A DNA stretch of 23,207 bases from Candidatus Fraserbacteria bacterium (GTDB lineage Bacteria > Bipolaricaulota > Bipolaricaulia > RBG-16-55-9 > JANLFV01), in assembly GCA_037446135.1 (NCBI GenBank), contig JBBIJD010000015.1, positions 1-23,207 on the forward strand, read 5' to 3'. The notes under the pieces are model-generated. The model saw only the letters and a program-made list of their open reading frames with translations. It searched no databases and was not told the DNA's origin. The stretch's first letter is position 1. Every line of letters begins with the position of its first letter. A program made the position numbers and the translations under genes. Shown piece after piece: positions 8,310-17,217 of the stretch.

Positions 8310-8939
8310 ATGCCTGAGCGGCTGAGGATTTACATCATCGGGGTCGGGGGCCAGGGGACGCTCACGGCCGCCCGGCTCCTGGGAGAGGTGGCCCTCCGCC
8401 ATGGGCTTGAGGCTGTGGTGAGCGAGGTCCACGGGATGGCCCAGCGCGGGGGGATCGTCGAGACCGGGGTCAAGCTCGGAGGATATAAGGGCCCGATCAT
8501 CGGGCGGGGCGAGGCCGATGTGGTCCTGGCCTTCGAGCCGCTGGAGGCCCTGAGGGGGGTCCTGGCCCTGGGGAAGGCCTCAAAAAAGAGCTGGGTCCTC
8601 ACCAACACTCATCCGATCAGGCCGATCACCGTCTCGCTTAAGCTGGGGGAGTATCCGGACCTAGAGCGGGCCTTCGCTGAAGTGGAGAGGAGGGTAGCCC
8701 GGCTCATCAAGCTCGAGGCGACGGCCCTGGCCAAGGAGGCCGGCTCACCCCTCTCCTTGAATATGGTGATGCTCGGGGCTTTAGCCGCCACCGAGCTCCT
8801 CCCCTTTCCCCCGGCTGAGCTGGAGGAGGGGATCAGGGCCTTCGCCCCGCGTTGGGCTGAGGTGAACCTCCGGGCCTTCCGGCTCGGGCGGGCGGCCGTG
8901 GCCCAGGCCCTGGCCGAGACACGGGCCCCCACGGAGTGA
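8310..8939 (+). CDS. iorB: Indolepyruvate oxidoreductase beta subunit
   Basis: IGVGGQGTL, SEVHGMAQRGG, ADVVLAFEPLEALR, NMVMLGAL, NLRAFRLG. Confidence 0.93.
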   Translation: MPERLRIYIIGVGGQGTLTAARLLGEVALRHGLEAVVSEVHGMAQRGGIVETGVKLGGYKGPIIGRGEADVVLAFEPLEALRGVLALGKASKKSWVLTNTHPIRPITVSLKLGEYPDLERAFAEVERRVARLIKLEATALAKEAGSPLSLNMVMLGALAATELLPFPPAELEEGIRAFAPRWAEVNLRAFRLGRAAVAQALAETRAPTE

Positions 8940-8981
8940 TCGAATTCCCCCTCTCGGGGAGAGAAGGTCCTTCCACGGCCC

Positions 8982-9010
8982 TTGAGGGGTCCCTTTCGGC
9001 TCGGTATAAT
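8982..9010 (+). promoter_or_regulatory. Sigma70 promoter for the pdxS operon
   Basis: TTGAGG (8982-8987), 17 nt spacer, TATAAT (9005-9010); GGAGG SD before ATG 9043. Confidence 0.65.
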
Positions 9011-9042
9011 TCGACTGCAATTCCATTAAGGGAGGAGGGAGA

Positions 9043-9924
9043 ATGGGACAGGAACGCGGGACCTTCAGGGTGAAGAGCGGCTTAGCGGAGATGCTCAAGG
9101 GCGGGGTGATCATGGATGTCACCAACGCCGAGCAGGCCAAGATCGCTGAGGCGGCCGGAGCGGTGGCGGTGATGGCCCTCGAGCGGGTCCCGGCCGACAT
9201 CCGTGCCGCGGGGGGCGTGGCGAGGATGGCCGACCCACAGAAGATCAAGGAGATCCAAGAGGCCGTCTCGATCCCGGTGATGGCCAAGGTCCGGATCGGC
9301 CACTTCGTGGAGGCCCAGATCCTCGAGGCCCTCGGGGTCGATTACATCGATGAGTCCGAGGTGTTAACCCCTGCGGACCCCTGGCATCACATCGATAAAT
9401 GGCGATTTAAGGTCCCATTCGTCTGCGGCTGCCGGGACCTAGGAGAGGCGGCGAGGAGGCTGGCCGAGGGGGCGGCGATGCTCCGGACCAAGGGCGAGGC
9501 CGGGACTGGGAATGTGATCGAGGCCGTCCGGCACATGCGCTTGATCAATAAGCAGGTCCGCGAGGTCTGCCACATGCCGGAGGAGGAGTTAGTGGAATAC
9601 GCCAAGGAGCTAGGGGCTCCGCTCGCGGTCCTCCAGCTCATCGCCGAGACCGGTCGCCTCCCGGTGGTGAACTTCGCCGCCGGTGGGATCGCCACCCCTG
9701 CCGATGCGGCGATGATGATGCAGCTCGGTGCGGACGGGGTCTTCGTCGGGAGTGGGATCTTCAAATCGAGCGACCCGGAGAAGCGGGCGAGGGCGATCGT
9801 CCAGGCCGTGACCTATTACAACGATCCCGAGAAGCTGGCGGAGATCAGCACCGGCCTAGGGGAGCCGATGAAGGGCCTGGCCCTCGAGGAGATCCCGCAA
9901 GAGCAGTTGCTCCAGACGAGATAA
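9043..9924 (+). CDS. pdxS: Pyridoxal 5'-phosphate synthase lyase subunit
   Basis: [71 protein letters not shown]. Confidence 0.98.
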   Translation: MGQERGTFRVKSGLAEMLKGGVIMDVTNAEQAKIAEAAGAVAVMALERVPADIRAAGGVARMADPQKIKEIQEAVSIPVMAKVRIGHFVEAQILEALGVDYIDESEVLTPADPWHHIDKWRFKVPFVCGCRDLGEAARRLAEGAAMLRTKGEAGTGNVIEAVRHMRLINKQVREVCHMPEEELVEYAKELGAPLAVLQLIAETGRLPVVNFAAGGIATPADAAMMMQLGADGVFVGSGIFKSSDPEKRARAIVQAVTYYNDPEKLAEISTGLGEPMKGLALEEIPQEQLLQTR

Positions 9925-9925
9925 G

Positions 9926-10483
9926 ATGAGGGTCGGGGTCCTAGCCCTCCAGGGCGACTTCCGGGAGCACCTCCGGGCGGTGGAGCGCCTCGGTGCTGAG
10001 GGGGTCGAGGTCCGTAAGCCCCAGGACCTAGAGGGGCTCGACCGGCTGATCATCCCCGGAGGGGAGTCGACGACCATCTCTCTCTTACTGAGGGAGAGCG
10101 GTCTTGGGGAAGAGGTCCGGAGGCTGGGGAGAGCGGGGCTCCCGCTCTTTGGGACCTGTGCCGGGCTGATCCTCCTAGCGAGGGAGGTCTTGGGAGAGGA
10201 TCGCGTCGAGCCCTTGGGGCTGATCGACCTTATCGTCCGGCGGAATGCCTACGGCCGGCAGATCGAGAGCTTCGAGGAGGAACTGGAGGTCGCGGGCCTC
10301 GGGGCGGTGCGGGCCGTCTTCATCCGGGCCCCGAAGATCGTGGCCGTCGGCCCAAAGGTCGAGGTCCTGGCCTATCAAGATGGGCTGCCGGTCCTAGCCC
10401 GTGAGGGGACGGTCCTGGTGAGCAGCTTCCATCCCGAGCTGACGGGGGACCTCCGGCTCCATCGCTACTTCTTGGGGCTATAA
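9926..10483 (+). CDS. pdxT: PLP synthase glutaminase subunit
   Basis: GVLALQGDF, IPGGESTT, GTCAGLI, RNAYGRQ, FIRAP, FHPEL; directly follows pdxS. Confidence 0.97.
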   Translation: MRVGVLALQGDFREHLRAVERLGAEGVEVRKPQDLEGLDRLIIPGGESTTISLLLRESGLGEEVRRLGRAGLPLFGTCAGLILLAREVLGEDRVEPLGLIDLIVRRNAYGRQIESFEEELEVAGLGAVRAVFIRAPKIVAVGPKVEVLAYQDGLPVLAREGTVLVSSFHPELTGDLRLHRYFLGL

Positions 10484-10497
10484 AAGAAGGGGGTGAG

Positions 10498-11262
10498 GTG
10501 AGGGAGGGTGATCCGGCGGTCTTGGTCCTCCTCAAGGAGCTCGCCCGGGGGGCGCTCGAGCTCCTCTATCCGCCTCATTGCTACCTCTGTAATGCCCCGC
10601 TAGAGGCCGGCTATATCTGCCCCGAGTGTTATGCTTCGCTCCCTCGTCCGAAGCCGGAGGAGCCGCTCTGCACCCGTTGCGGCGGACCTCTCCAGGAGGC
10701 TGAGCTCGACCTCTGCGGGGAGTGCGCTGATCGGCCCTGGTCCTTTCTCGAAGCCCGGAGCTTCGGCTTCTATGAAGGCGGCCTAGCCGAGCTGGTGAAG
10801 GGCTTCAAGTATAGGGGCGAACGGGCCTTAGCTCGGGAGCTCGCCCGCTATCTTCTTGAGGCCGGGGAGGGGCTCTTCTTAGACCGGGCCGAGGCCCTCA
10901 CCTTCGTCCCCATGACCGAGGAGAAGCTCCGCCAGCGGGGATTCAATCAGGCCGAGCTCTTGGCCCGTGAGCTCTCCGGCCTGACCGGCTTGCCGGTCGT
11001 CCCGGCCTTGGTGAAGGTCCGTGAGACGGAGGAGCAGGCGACCCTCAGGGGGCAAGAGCGCTGGAAGAATGTCCAGGGGGCCTTCACCCCCAAGGGAGAG
11101 GCCCTTTGCGCCAGGATCATCCTGGTCGATGATGTCTACACCACCGGGGCGACGGCCGAGGAGTGCAGCCGGGCGCTGCAGGAGGGCGGCTACAGCGAGG
11201 TCTATGTCCTGACCGTGGCCCGCGCGAGATCGGGATTGAAGGAGGCCGGGGATGCTAGTTGA
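10498..11262 (+). CDS. comF: ComF family protein (double zinc ribbon + phosphoribosyltransferase)
   Basis: Four CxxC pairs, FKYRG, RQRGFNQA, and ILVDDVYTTGAT PRPP-binding motif. Start uncertain (GTG 10498 or TTG 10522). Confidence 0.9.
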   Translation: MREGDPAVLVLLKELARGALELLYPPHCYLCNAPLEAGYICPECYASLPRPKPEEPLCTRCGGPLQEAELDLCGECADRPWSFLEARSFGFYEGGLAELVKGFKYRGERALARELARYLLEAGEGLFLDRAEALTFVPMTEEKLRQRGFNQAELLARELSGLTGLPVVPALVKVRETEEQATLRGQERWKNVQGAFTPKGEALCARIILVDDVYTTGATAEECSRALQEGGYSEVYVLTVARARSGLKEAGDAS

Positions 11263-11845
11263 GCTTGAGCGGCTCGTAGTCGGCGAGCTCGCGACGAACT
11301 GCTACATCCTGAAAGCGGGAGGAGAGGCCACGGTCATCGACCCTGGGGCGGCGGACGAGAGATTGCTCAGGGCACTCGAGGGCCAGCGGTTGAGGTATAT
11401 CTTGCTCACTCATGCCCATCCCGACCACCTCGGAGGAGCTCCTCAGCTCAAGGGGCGGTTCCCCGAGGCGGCCCTCCTCCTCCACAGGGCCGATCTGGAG
11501 GGCCTCCGCCTCTTCCTCCCCCACTTAGAGCCGGACGGCTTCCTCGAAGAGGGGGCTCTCCTCGCGTGTGGAAAGGAGAGCCTCCAGATCCAGGTCCTCC
11601 ACACCCCCGGCCACTCCCCGGGGAGCCTCGTCTTTAGGCTCGATCGAGAGCTCTTCGTCGGGGACCTCATCTTTTGGGGCTCGATCGGGCGGACCGATCT
11701 CCCCGGCGGCTCTCAAGCGGAGATGGCCCGCTCATTGCGGCGGATCATCAGGCTAGACGGGGATTTTCGCCTCTATCCCGGCCACGGGCCGGAGACGACC
11801 CTGGCCCAGGAGCGGGCACAGAATCCATTCCTTAAGGGGCTGTGA
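11252..11845 (+). CDS. MBL-fold metallo-hydrolase (glyoxalase II/YcbL-like)
   Basis: TNCY, IDPG, THAHPDH (HxHxDH), HTPGHSPG, GDLIF..SIGRTDLPGG, PGHGPETT..E...NPF. Confidence 0.92.
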   Translation: MLVELERLVVGELATNCYILKAGGEATVIDPGAADERLLRALEGQRLRYILLTHAHPDHLGGAPQLKGRFPEAALLLHRADLEGLRLFLPHLEPDGFLEEGALLACGKESLQIQVLHTPGHSPGSLVFRLDRELFVGDLIFWGSIGRTDLPGGSQAEMARSLRRIIRLDGDFRLYPGHGPETTLAQERAQNPFLKGL

Positions 11846-11847
11846 AT

Positions 11848-13647
11848 ATGGCCACGAGAGAGGAGCTGAGGCTCATCCGCGAGCGGGCCGATATGGCCGG
11901 GCTCCTCTCGCGCTACCTCACTCTCAAGCGGAGCGGGAAGAACTACACCGCGATCTGCCCCTTCCACCCCGATAAGCGTCCGAGCCTGGTCATCGACCCC
12001 GAGCGGAAGCTCTTCCATTGCTTCGGCTGCGGCGAGGGCGGGGATATCTTTAAATTCCTGATGAAGATCGAGCGGCTCTCCTTCCAGGAGGCGGTCGAGC
12101 GGCTCGCTCAAGAGACGGGGGTGGAGCTGGCCCGTCGGGGGGAGTCTGGCCGACTAGAGAGGCTCTACGAGCTGAACGAGCGGGCGGCCGCTTACTTCGA
12201 GCGGAACCTCCACCAGGGTGAGGGGGGAGCCCCGGCCCGGGCCTACCTCCAGGAGCGGGGGATCTCACCGGAGACGGCCAGAGCCTTCCGCTTGGGGTAT
12301 GCCCTCCCCGGATGGGACACCCTCAGGCGGAGACTGGCCCGGACGGAAGAGGAGGCCCACCTCTTCTCCCAATTGGGGCTCCTCCTCAAGCGGGAGGAGG
12401 GCGGCTACTTCGACCGGTTCCGAGACCGGTTGATCTTTCCCCTATGCGACCCTCAGGGGCGGGTGATCGGGTTCGCCGGGCGGCTCTTGCGCGAGCGGGG
12501 CGAGGAGCCGAAATACCTGAATATCTCGAATACACCGCTCTTCACTAAGGGGGCGACGGTCTATGGGCTCCAGCTCGCCCGTCAAGTGAATCCAAAGGAG
12601 ATGATCCTCGTCGAGGGCTATCTAGACGCGATCACCCTCCATCAGGCAGGTTTCAAGAACACGGTCGCGACGATGGGGACGGCCCTCACTGACTCCCAGG
12701 CCCAGCTCCTCCGCCGCTATGTCGAGCGGGTGGTCTTAGCCTATGACCGGGATCTCGCGGGCGAGGCCGCGACCCTCCGGGGGATGCGCTCGCTCCGGAA
12801 CGCCGGACTCGATGTCCGGGTGGCCCTCCTCCCTAGTGGCGAGGACCCCGACAGCCTCGTCCGCACTAAAGGGAGCACGGCCTTCCGGGCCGTCCTGGAG
12901 GGGGCTCTCCCCTTCCATAAGTTCTACATCGCCCATCTTGTCGGGCAGGCCAAGGGGCCGGAACGCGACCCAGTCCAGATCGAGCGGCTCCTCGCCGAGG
13001 CGGGGAGCTTCATCTCCGGGCTTGTCTCCAGGCCCCTCCGCCATGAGCTGATCCGCGGCCTAGCCGAGGGGTTCGGCCTCTCCGAGGAGGAGGTCGAACT
13101 GGAGGTGGCCCGTCAGCTCCCACGGCCTCGGAGAGAGGTGGCAGTGGCAGCGGCGGCAACGGCAGCGGGGGCGGAGGAGGACCAGAGTCGTCCTTGGGGG
13201 CCGGAGGAGCACCTCCTCTACTTCCTCCTCGCGGGGGACCTCCCGCTCGAAGAGGCGAAGCGGGAGCTCTCGGTCCAGGACTTCACCCGCTATGGCCGGA
13301 TCGTCGGGGCGCTCTTCGCCCGGGGTGGCGAGCGTGGGCGGGTCGAGCCAGAAGAATTGCTAGCGGAGCTCGAGGAGCCGGATCAGCGGGTTGTGACCGG
13401 ACTCCTCCTCTCCCGAGTCGAGTTCACCGACCGGGCCAAGGCGGTCCAGGACGCGCTCCGGGCCCTCAAGCTCCCGCGCTTGGAGCGGGAGCTGAAGGAG
13501 TTGAAGCGGCAGCTCGCCGAGGCGGAGGGGCGGGGCGAGCGCGAGGTGGCCGAGCGCCTCCTGCGCGAGCGGCACGCCAAGCAGCGGGAGCGGCAGGAGG
13601 CATTAAGGCTGATCCGCAGGGGTTCGTTGGGATGGCAAAGGAGATGA
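11848..13647 (+). CDS. dnaG: DNA primase
   Basis: CHC2 zinc finger CPFH...CFGC, FDRFRDRLIFP, PKYLN, EGYLD, TOPRIM AYDRDLAG, EDPDSL. ATG 11848 preferred over GTG 11842. Confidence 0.97.
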   Translation: MATREELRLIRERADMAGLLSRYLTLKRSGKNYTAICPFHPDKRPSLVIDPERKLFHCFGCGEGGDIFKFLMKIERLSFQEAVERLAQETGVELARRGESGRLERLYELNERAAAYFERNLHQGEGGAPARAYLQERGISPETARAFRLGYALPGWDTLRRRLARTEEEAHLFSQLGLLLKREEGGYFDRFRDRLIFPLCDPQGRVIGFAGRLLRERGEEPKYLNISNTPLFTKGATVYGLQLARQVNPKEMILVEGYLDAITLHQAGFKNTVATMGTALTDSQAQLLRRYVERVVLAYDRDLAGEAATLRGMRSLRNAGLDVRVALLPSGEDPDSLVRTKGSTAFRAVLEGALPFHKFYIAHLVGQAKGPERDPVQIERLLAEAGSFISGLVSRPLRHELIRGLAEGFGLSEEEVELEVARQLPRPRREVAVAAAATAAGAEEDQSRPWGPEEHLLYFLLAGDLPLEEAKRELSVQDFTRYGRIVGALFARGGERGRVEPEELLAELEEPDQRVVTGLLLSRVEFTDRAKAVQDALRALKLPRLERELKELKRQLAEAEGRGEREVAERLLRERHAKQRERQEALRLIRRGSLGWQRR

Positions 13648-14700
13648 ATGACCATGGAGGAGGAGCAGCAGGAGCTACAACCGGAGTTAGACCCGAAGGC
13701 TCACCTCCCTAACTCCGAGCCGGATGAGCAGGAGGTCTACTACATCCCGGAGTTCCTCGAGGTCGAGCTCGAGCTGGGTGAGGAGGGAGGCCCGAGCCTC
13801 CCGGAAGAGGTCGAAGAGCTCGAGGAGGAGGCACGCCTCCGGGACCTCGGGACCAGTGCGGGCGACCCGGTGAAGCTATACCTCCAGGACATCGGGAAGA
13901 TCCCACTCCTCTCGCGCGAGGAGGAGGTGGCCTTAGCCCAGGCGATCGAGCGGGGTGACCGTGAGGCCAAAGAGAAGCTGATCCTCTCCAACCTCCGCTT
14001 GGTCGTCTCGATCGCCAAGCGCTACATCGGTCGGGGGCTCTCCTTCCTCGACCTGATCCAGGAGGGGAACATCGGGCTGATGCGGGCGGTCGAGAAGTTC
14101 GACTGGACGAAAGGGTATAAGTTCTCGACTTATGCCACCTGGTGGATCAGGCAGGCGATCACGCGGGCGATCGCCGACCAGTCGCGGATCATCCGGATCC
14201 CGGTCCACATGATCGAGACGGTGAGGGAGCTCGACCGGGTGAAGAAGGAGCATGTCCAGGAGCACGGCGAGATCCCAGACCTGTTGAAGCTGGCCGAGGA
14301 GCTGGGGATGCCGGTCGAGAAGATCAAGCGGGTCGAGAATGTGGCCCAATACACCACCTCGCTCGAGCGGCCGATCGGGGAGGACGAGGAGGACACCCTC
14401 GGGGACTTCATCGAGGACGAGAAGGCCCCCTCGCCGATCAAGGAGACACTCCGGCTCTTCCTCGCTGAGGAGCTCGAGCGGGCCTTAGCCCAGCTCGAGG
14501 ACCGGGAGAAGGAGATCCTCAAGTTGAGATACGGCCTGGAGGACGGTCATCCCCGCACTCTGAAGGATGTGGCCAGGGTCTTCAACATCACCCGGGAGAG
14601 GGTGAGGCAGATCGAGATCAAGGCCCTGGAGAAGCTCAAGCATCCCAGCCGGAAGCAGGAGCTGAAGAAGTTCCGAGAGCTCCTGATGAACGAAGAATGA
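13648..14700 (+). CDS. rpoD: Primary sigma70 factor (RpoD/SigA), short form with an acidic N-terminus
   Basis: [11 protein letters not shown] (region 1.2), [45 protein letters not shown], and region 4 TRERVRQIE; directly downstream of dnaG. Confidence 0.96.
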   Translation: MTMEEEQQELQPELDPKAHLPNSEPDEQEVYYIPEFLEVELELGEEGGPSLPEEVEELEEEARLRDLGTSAGDPVKLYLQDIGKIPLLSREEEVALAQAIERGDREAKEKLILSNLRLVVSIAKRYIGRGLSFLDLIQEGNIGLMRAVEKFDWTKGYKFSTYATWWIRQAITRAIADQSRIIRIPVHMIETVRELDRVKKEHVQEHGEIPDLLKLAEELGMPVEKIKRVENVAQYTTSLERPIGEDEEDTLGDFIEDEKAPSPIKETLRLFLAEELERALAQLEDREKEILKLRYGLEDGHPRTLKDVARVFNITRERVRQIEIKALEKLKHPSRKQELKKFRELLMNEE

Positions 14701-14773
14701 AGATGAAAGATCTGGGGCTTCGAGGATTAACAGGACTACGCCCTCTGGGTTGGGATCTTTAATCTTCCATCTT
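14693..14773. repeat. Heptamer-based imperfect inverted repeat with no cargo gene, same family as the four-helix-bundle flanks
   Basis: AAGAATGAAGATGAAAGATC (14693-14712) versus GATCTTTAATCTTCCATCTT (14754-14773): 17/20 complementary, 41-nt loop. TTTAATCTTCCATCTT (14758-14773) is identical to 21220-21235. Confidence 0.8.
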
Positions 14774-15696
14774 TGGAATCTTCTGGTCTGGAGCCGCTCA
14801 TCATCCTCGGCCCGACGGGGGTGGGGAAGACCGCTGTGGCCGTGGAGGTGGCCCTTGCGCTCGCTGGTGAGATCCTGAGCGCCGACTCGAGGGGCTTCTA
14901 CCGGGAGCTAGAGATCGGGACGGCCAAGCCGACGGCCGAGCAGCGCCGCTTAGTGCCTCACCATTTGCTCGACATCCGCTCACCTTTGGAGCGCTATGAT
15001 GTGGCAGAGTTCCGCAAGGATGCGGCCCGCCTGATCGAGGAGATCCAGGCCAGAGGGCACCTCCCGATCGTGGTCGGCGGGAGCACGCTCTACATCCAGG
15101 CCCTGGTCGGGGGGCTCTTCCCCGGCCCGAAGGCCGATCCTTCCCTCCGGAAGAGGCTCCTCGCCCTCCCCACGGAGGAGCTATATATAAGGTTAAAGGA
15201 GGTCGACCCTCAAGCGGCCCTCAAGATCAAGCCCCAAGACCGCCAGCGGCTCGTCCGGGCCTTAGAGGTCTACGAGCTGACCGGCCGACCGATCAGCGAG
15301 CTCCAGAGGGAGTCCGAACCTTTCCCTTATACCTTCCGGAAGTTCGGCCTCTCCATGGAGAGGCGGGCCCTCTACCGGCGGCTCGATGAGCGGGTCGAGC
15401 GGATGATCTCAAGCGGCCTGCTCGAGGAGGCCCGAAGGCTCAAGGGCCGGCTCACTCCGGAGATGCCGGCCTACCGGACGATCGGGTATGAGGAGGCCTT
15501 CGCCTATCTTGAGGGGAGGCTCTCCTTAGAGGAGACGGTCCGGCTGATCAAGCGGAATACCCGCCGGCTCGCCAAGCGCCAGCTCACCTTCTTCAAGAGG
15601 CTCCCCGCTATTCAGTGGCTCGATGTCACCGGGAAGACCACAGAAGAGGTGGCCGGGGAGCTCCTCTCTCTTCTATGCTCAAGCTCGGCTAGCTAG
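14773..15696 (+). CDS. miaA: tRNA dimethylallyltransferase
   Basis: GPTGVGKT P-loop, EILSADS, IGTAKP, PHHLLD, VGGSTLY, RALEV, TRRLAKRQLTF. TTG start; an in-frame TAA at 14728 limits extension. Confidence 0.96.
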   Translation: MESSGLEPLIILGPTGVGKTAVAVEVALALAGEILSADSRGFYRELEIGTAKPTAEQRRLVPHHLLDIRSPLERYDVAEFRKDAARLIEEIQARGHLPIVVGGSTLYIQALVGGLFPGPKADPSLRKRLLALPTEELYIRLKEVDPQAALKIKPQDRQRLVRALEVYELTGRPISELQRESEPFPYTFRKFGLSMERRALYRRLDERVERMISSGLLEEARRLKGRLTPEMPAYRTIGYEEAFAYLEGRLSLEETVRLIKRNTRRLAKRQLTFFKRLPAIQWLDVTGKTTEEVAGELLSLLCSSSAS

Positions 15697-15703
15697 GGCC
15701 TAG

Positions 15704-17107
15704 CTAGGGCGTAGAGTTCAGCAGGACTGTGAGGGTATCTTCCTCCTGATTGGTCGTGACTAGATCGAGCCGGCCATCGCCGTTCGCATCGAGTGGGAGG
15801 ACCGCGGTCGGCCCGCGCCCGACATCGAAGCTCAGCGGCGGCTCGAAGCTCCCATCACCTCTCCCTAAGAGGAGGAAGACCCGATCGTTGAAGCGGTCGG
15901 CGAAGGCCAGGTCGATCTTCCCGTCCCCATCGATCTCCAGGAGGGAGAGACCGCTCGGGCTCGGCGGGCCCCCGAGCCCGAGGTCGAGGGCCACCTCTAT
16001 CGGCGGGAGGAAGGTCTGGGCCCCCTCGCCGAAGCCGAGGACGAGGAGGATGACCAGCCCGTCCTGATGGGCCCCGCTGACCAGGTCATCCTTCCCGTCG
16101 CCGTTCAGGTCAGCCTGCCGGATGACGGTGGGCCCGAGTCCCTCCCCGAGGGGGAAGAGGAGCCTTCGGGGGAAGTCCCGCTCACCGCTCCCGAGGAAGA
16201 TCGCCAGATTGGCGCTATCCTGGGCCACGGCCGCGAGATCCGGGAGCCCGTCCCGGTCGAAGTCCCCCCAAGTGATGGATTTTAGATTCGCCAGCCGCTC
16301 GTCCTTCAGGGTGTTCCCCTTCGAGAAGGTCCCATCCCCCTTCCCCCAGAGCAACGAGATGTCGTCACAGAAGTCGTTCACCACCGCTATGTCGAGGTTC
16401 CCGTCCCGGTCTAAGTCCACGATCGTCAGCGCGATCGGGGCCGTCCCGACCGCCTCCTCACGGAAGCGCTTGAAGCTCCCGTCCCCGTTCCCGAGGAGGA
16501 CCGAGACGGTGCTGGCGATCAGGTTCGCGACCGCCAGGTCGAGGAGCCCGTCCTTATCCAGGTCCGCGGCCTCGAGATAGACCGGCCCATCCCCGAGGGC
16601 CATCTCCGCGGCCCTGAAGCGCCCATCGCCACTTAAGAGGAGGATCGTCCCCTCGTCCCCGAACTGGTTGACGATGAAGAGGTCCTGATCCCCGTCCCGG
16701 TCGAAGTCCCCGACCGCACCGGAGGTCGGGCCGTCCCCGGCGGGGATCGTCAGGCGAGTGAAGGAGAAGCTCTTGATGACCAGGGTATCTCTCCCTTGCT
16801 TCCCGCTATTGTCCTCGACTGTGAGGGTCACGGCGAAGAAACCTGCGCCGGTGTAGGTATGGCTCACCTTCGGGCCGCTGGCTCCCTCTCCGTCGTCCCC
16901 GAAGTCCCACTTGTAAGAGGTGATCGAGCCGTCAGGGTCGTAAGAAGAGGCCCCATCGAGGCTCACCGTAAGGGGCGGCTGCCCGACCGCCGGTGTGGCC
17001 CGGATCACCGCTACCGGCGCCTGACTGAAGAGGAGATCACAGCCGCCCAGCACGAGCCCGACCAGGATCAGCACGATCATCGCGCCCCAGCCCTTCGCTC
17101 CGCTCAT
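15704..17107 (-). CDS. Lipoprotein with a PKD domain and seven FG-GAP/VCBS repeats (probable 7-bladed beta-propeller)
   Basis: Lipobox LGG-C; PKD 'SLDGASSYDPDGSITSYKWDFGD..SHTYT..VTLTVED'; seven Ca-binding-like loops DFDRDGDQD, DLDKDGLLD, DLDRDGNLD, DFDRDGLPD, DLNGDGKDD, EIDGDGKID, DANGDGRLD. Confidence 0.9.
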   Translation of the reverse strand: MSGAKGWGAMIVLILVGLVLGGCDLLFSQAPVAVIRATPAVGQPPLTVSLDGASSYDPDGSITSYKWDFGDDGEGASGPKVSHTYTGAGFFAVTLTVEDNSGKQGRDTLVIKSFSFTRLTIPAGDGPTSGAVGDFDRDGDQDLFIVNQFGDEGTILLLSGDGRFRAAEMALGDGPVYLEAADLDKDGLLDLAVANLIASTVSVLLGNGDGSFKRFREEAVGTAPIALTIVDLDRDGNLDIAVVNDFCDDISLLWGKGDGTFSKGNTLKDERLANLKSITWGDFDRDGLPDLAAVAQDSANLAIFLGSGERDFPRRLLFPLGEGLGPTVIRQADLNGDGKDDLVSGAHQDGLVILLVLGFGEGAQTFLPPIEVALDLGLGGPPSPSGLSLLEIDGDGKIDLAFADRFNDRVFLLLGRGDGSFEPPLSFDVGRGPTAVLPLDANGDGRLDLVTTNQEEDTLTVLLNSTP

Positions 17108-17149
17108 CTCGTCTCAGCCTCCCGGGATGACGCACGGATTTCCCAGCCC

Positions 17150-17158
17150 ATTATATCA
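17150..17158 (-). promoter_or_regulatory. Extended -10 promoter for the PKD/FG-GAP lipoprotein
   Basis: Minus strand TG-A-TATAAT; GGGAGG SD upstream of ATG 17107. Confidence 0.55.
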
Positions 17159-17181
17159 CAGGCCCTTCGCCAGCCGGTCGG

Positions 17182-17210
17182 TTGACTCCAATTCAAGCGG
17201 AGCTTACAAT
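17182..17210 (+). promoter_or_regulatory. Sigma70 promoter for nnr, likely a leaderless transcript
   Basis: TTGACT (17182-17187), 17 nt, TACAAT (17205-17210), 7 nt, ATG 17218; no SD. Confidence 0.7.
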
Positions 17211-17217
17211 CCCGATG

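Noticed and set aside
13138..13180. GTGGCA/GCG repeats in dnaG
   Set aside because: Low-complexity Ala-rich linker (VAVAAAATAAGA) within the coding frame.
14703..14762. 19-codon mini-ORF inside the rpoD-miaA inverted repeat
   Set aside because: No SD or recognisable features; probably a by-product of the repeat.
3264..17217. Longer N-termini in the ORF track for hpnA (3353), iorA (4818) and nnr (17182)
   Set aside because: The extensions run through promoter or leader sequence and precede the conserved family N-termini.
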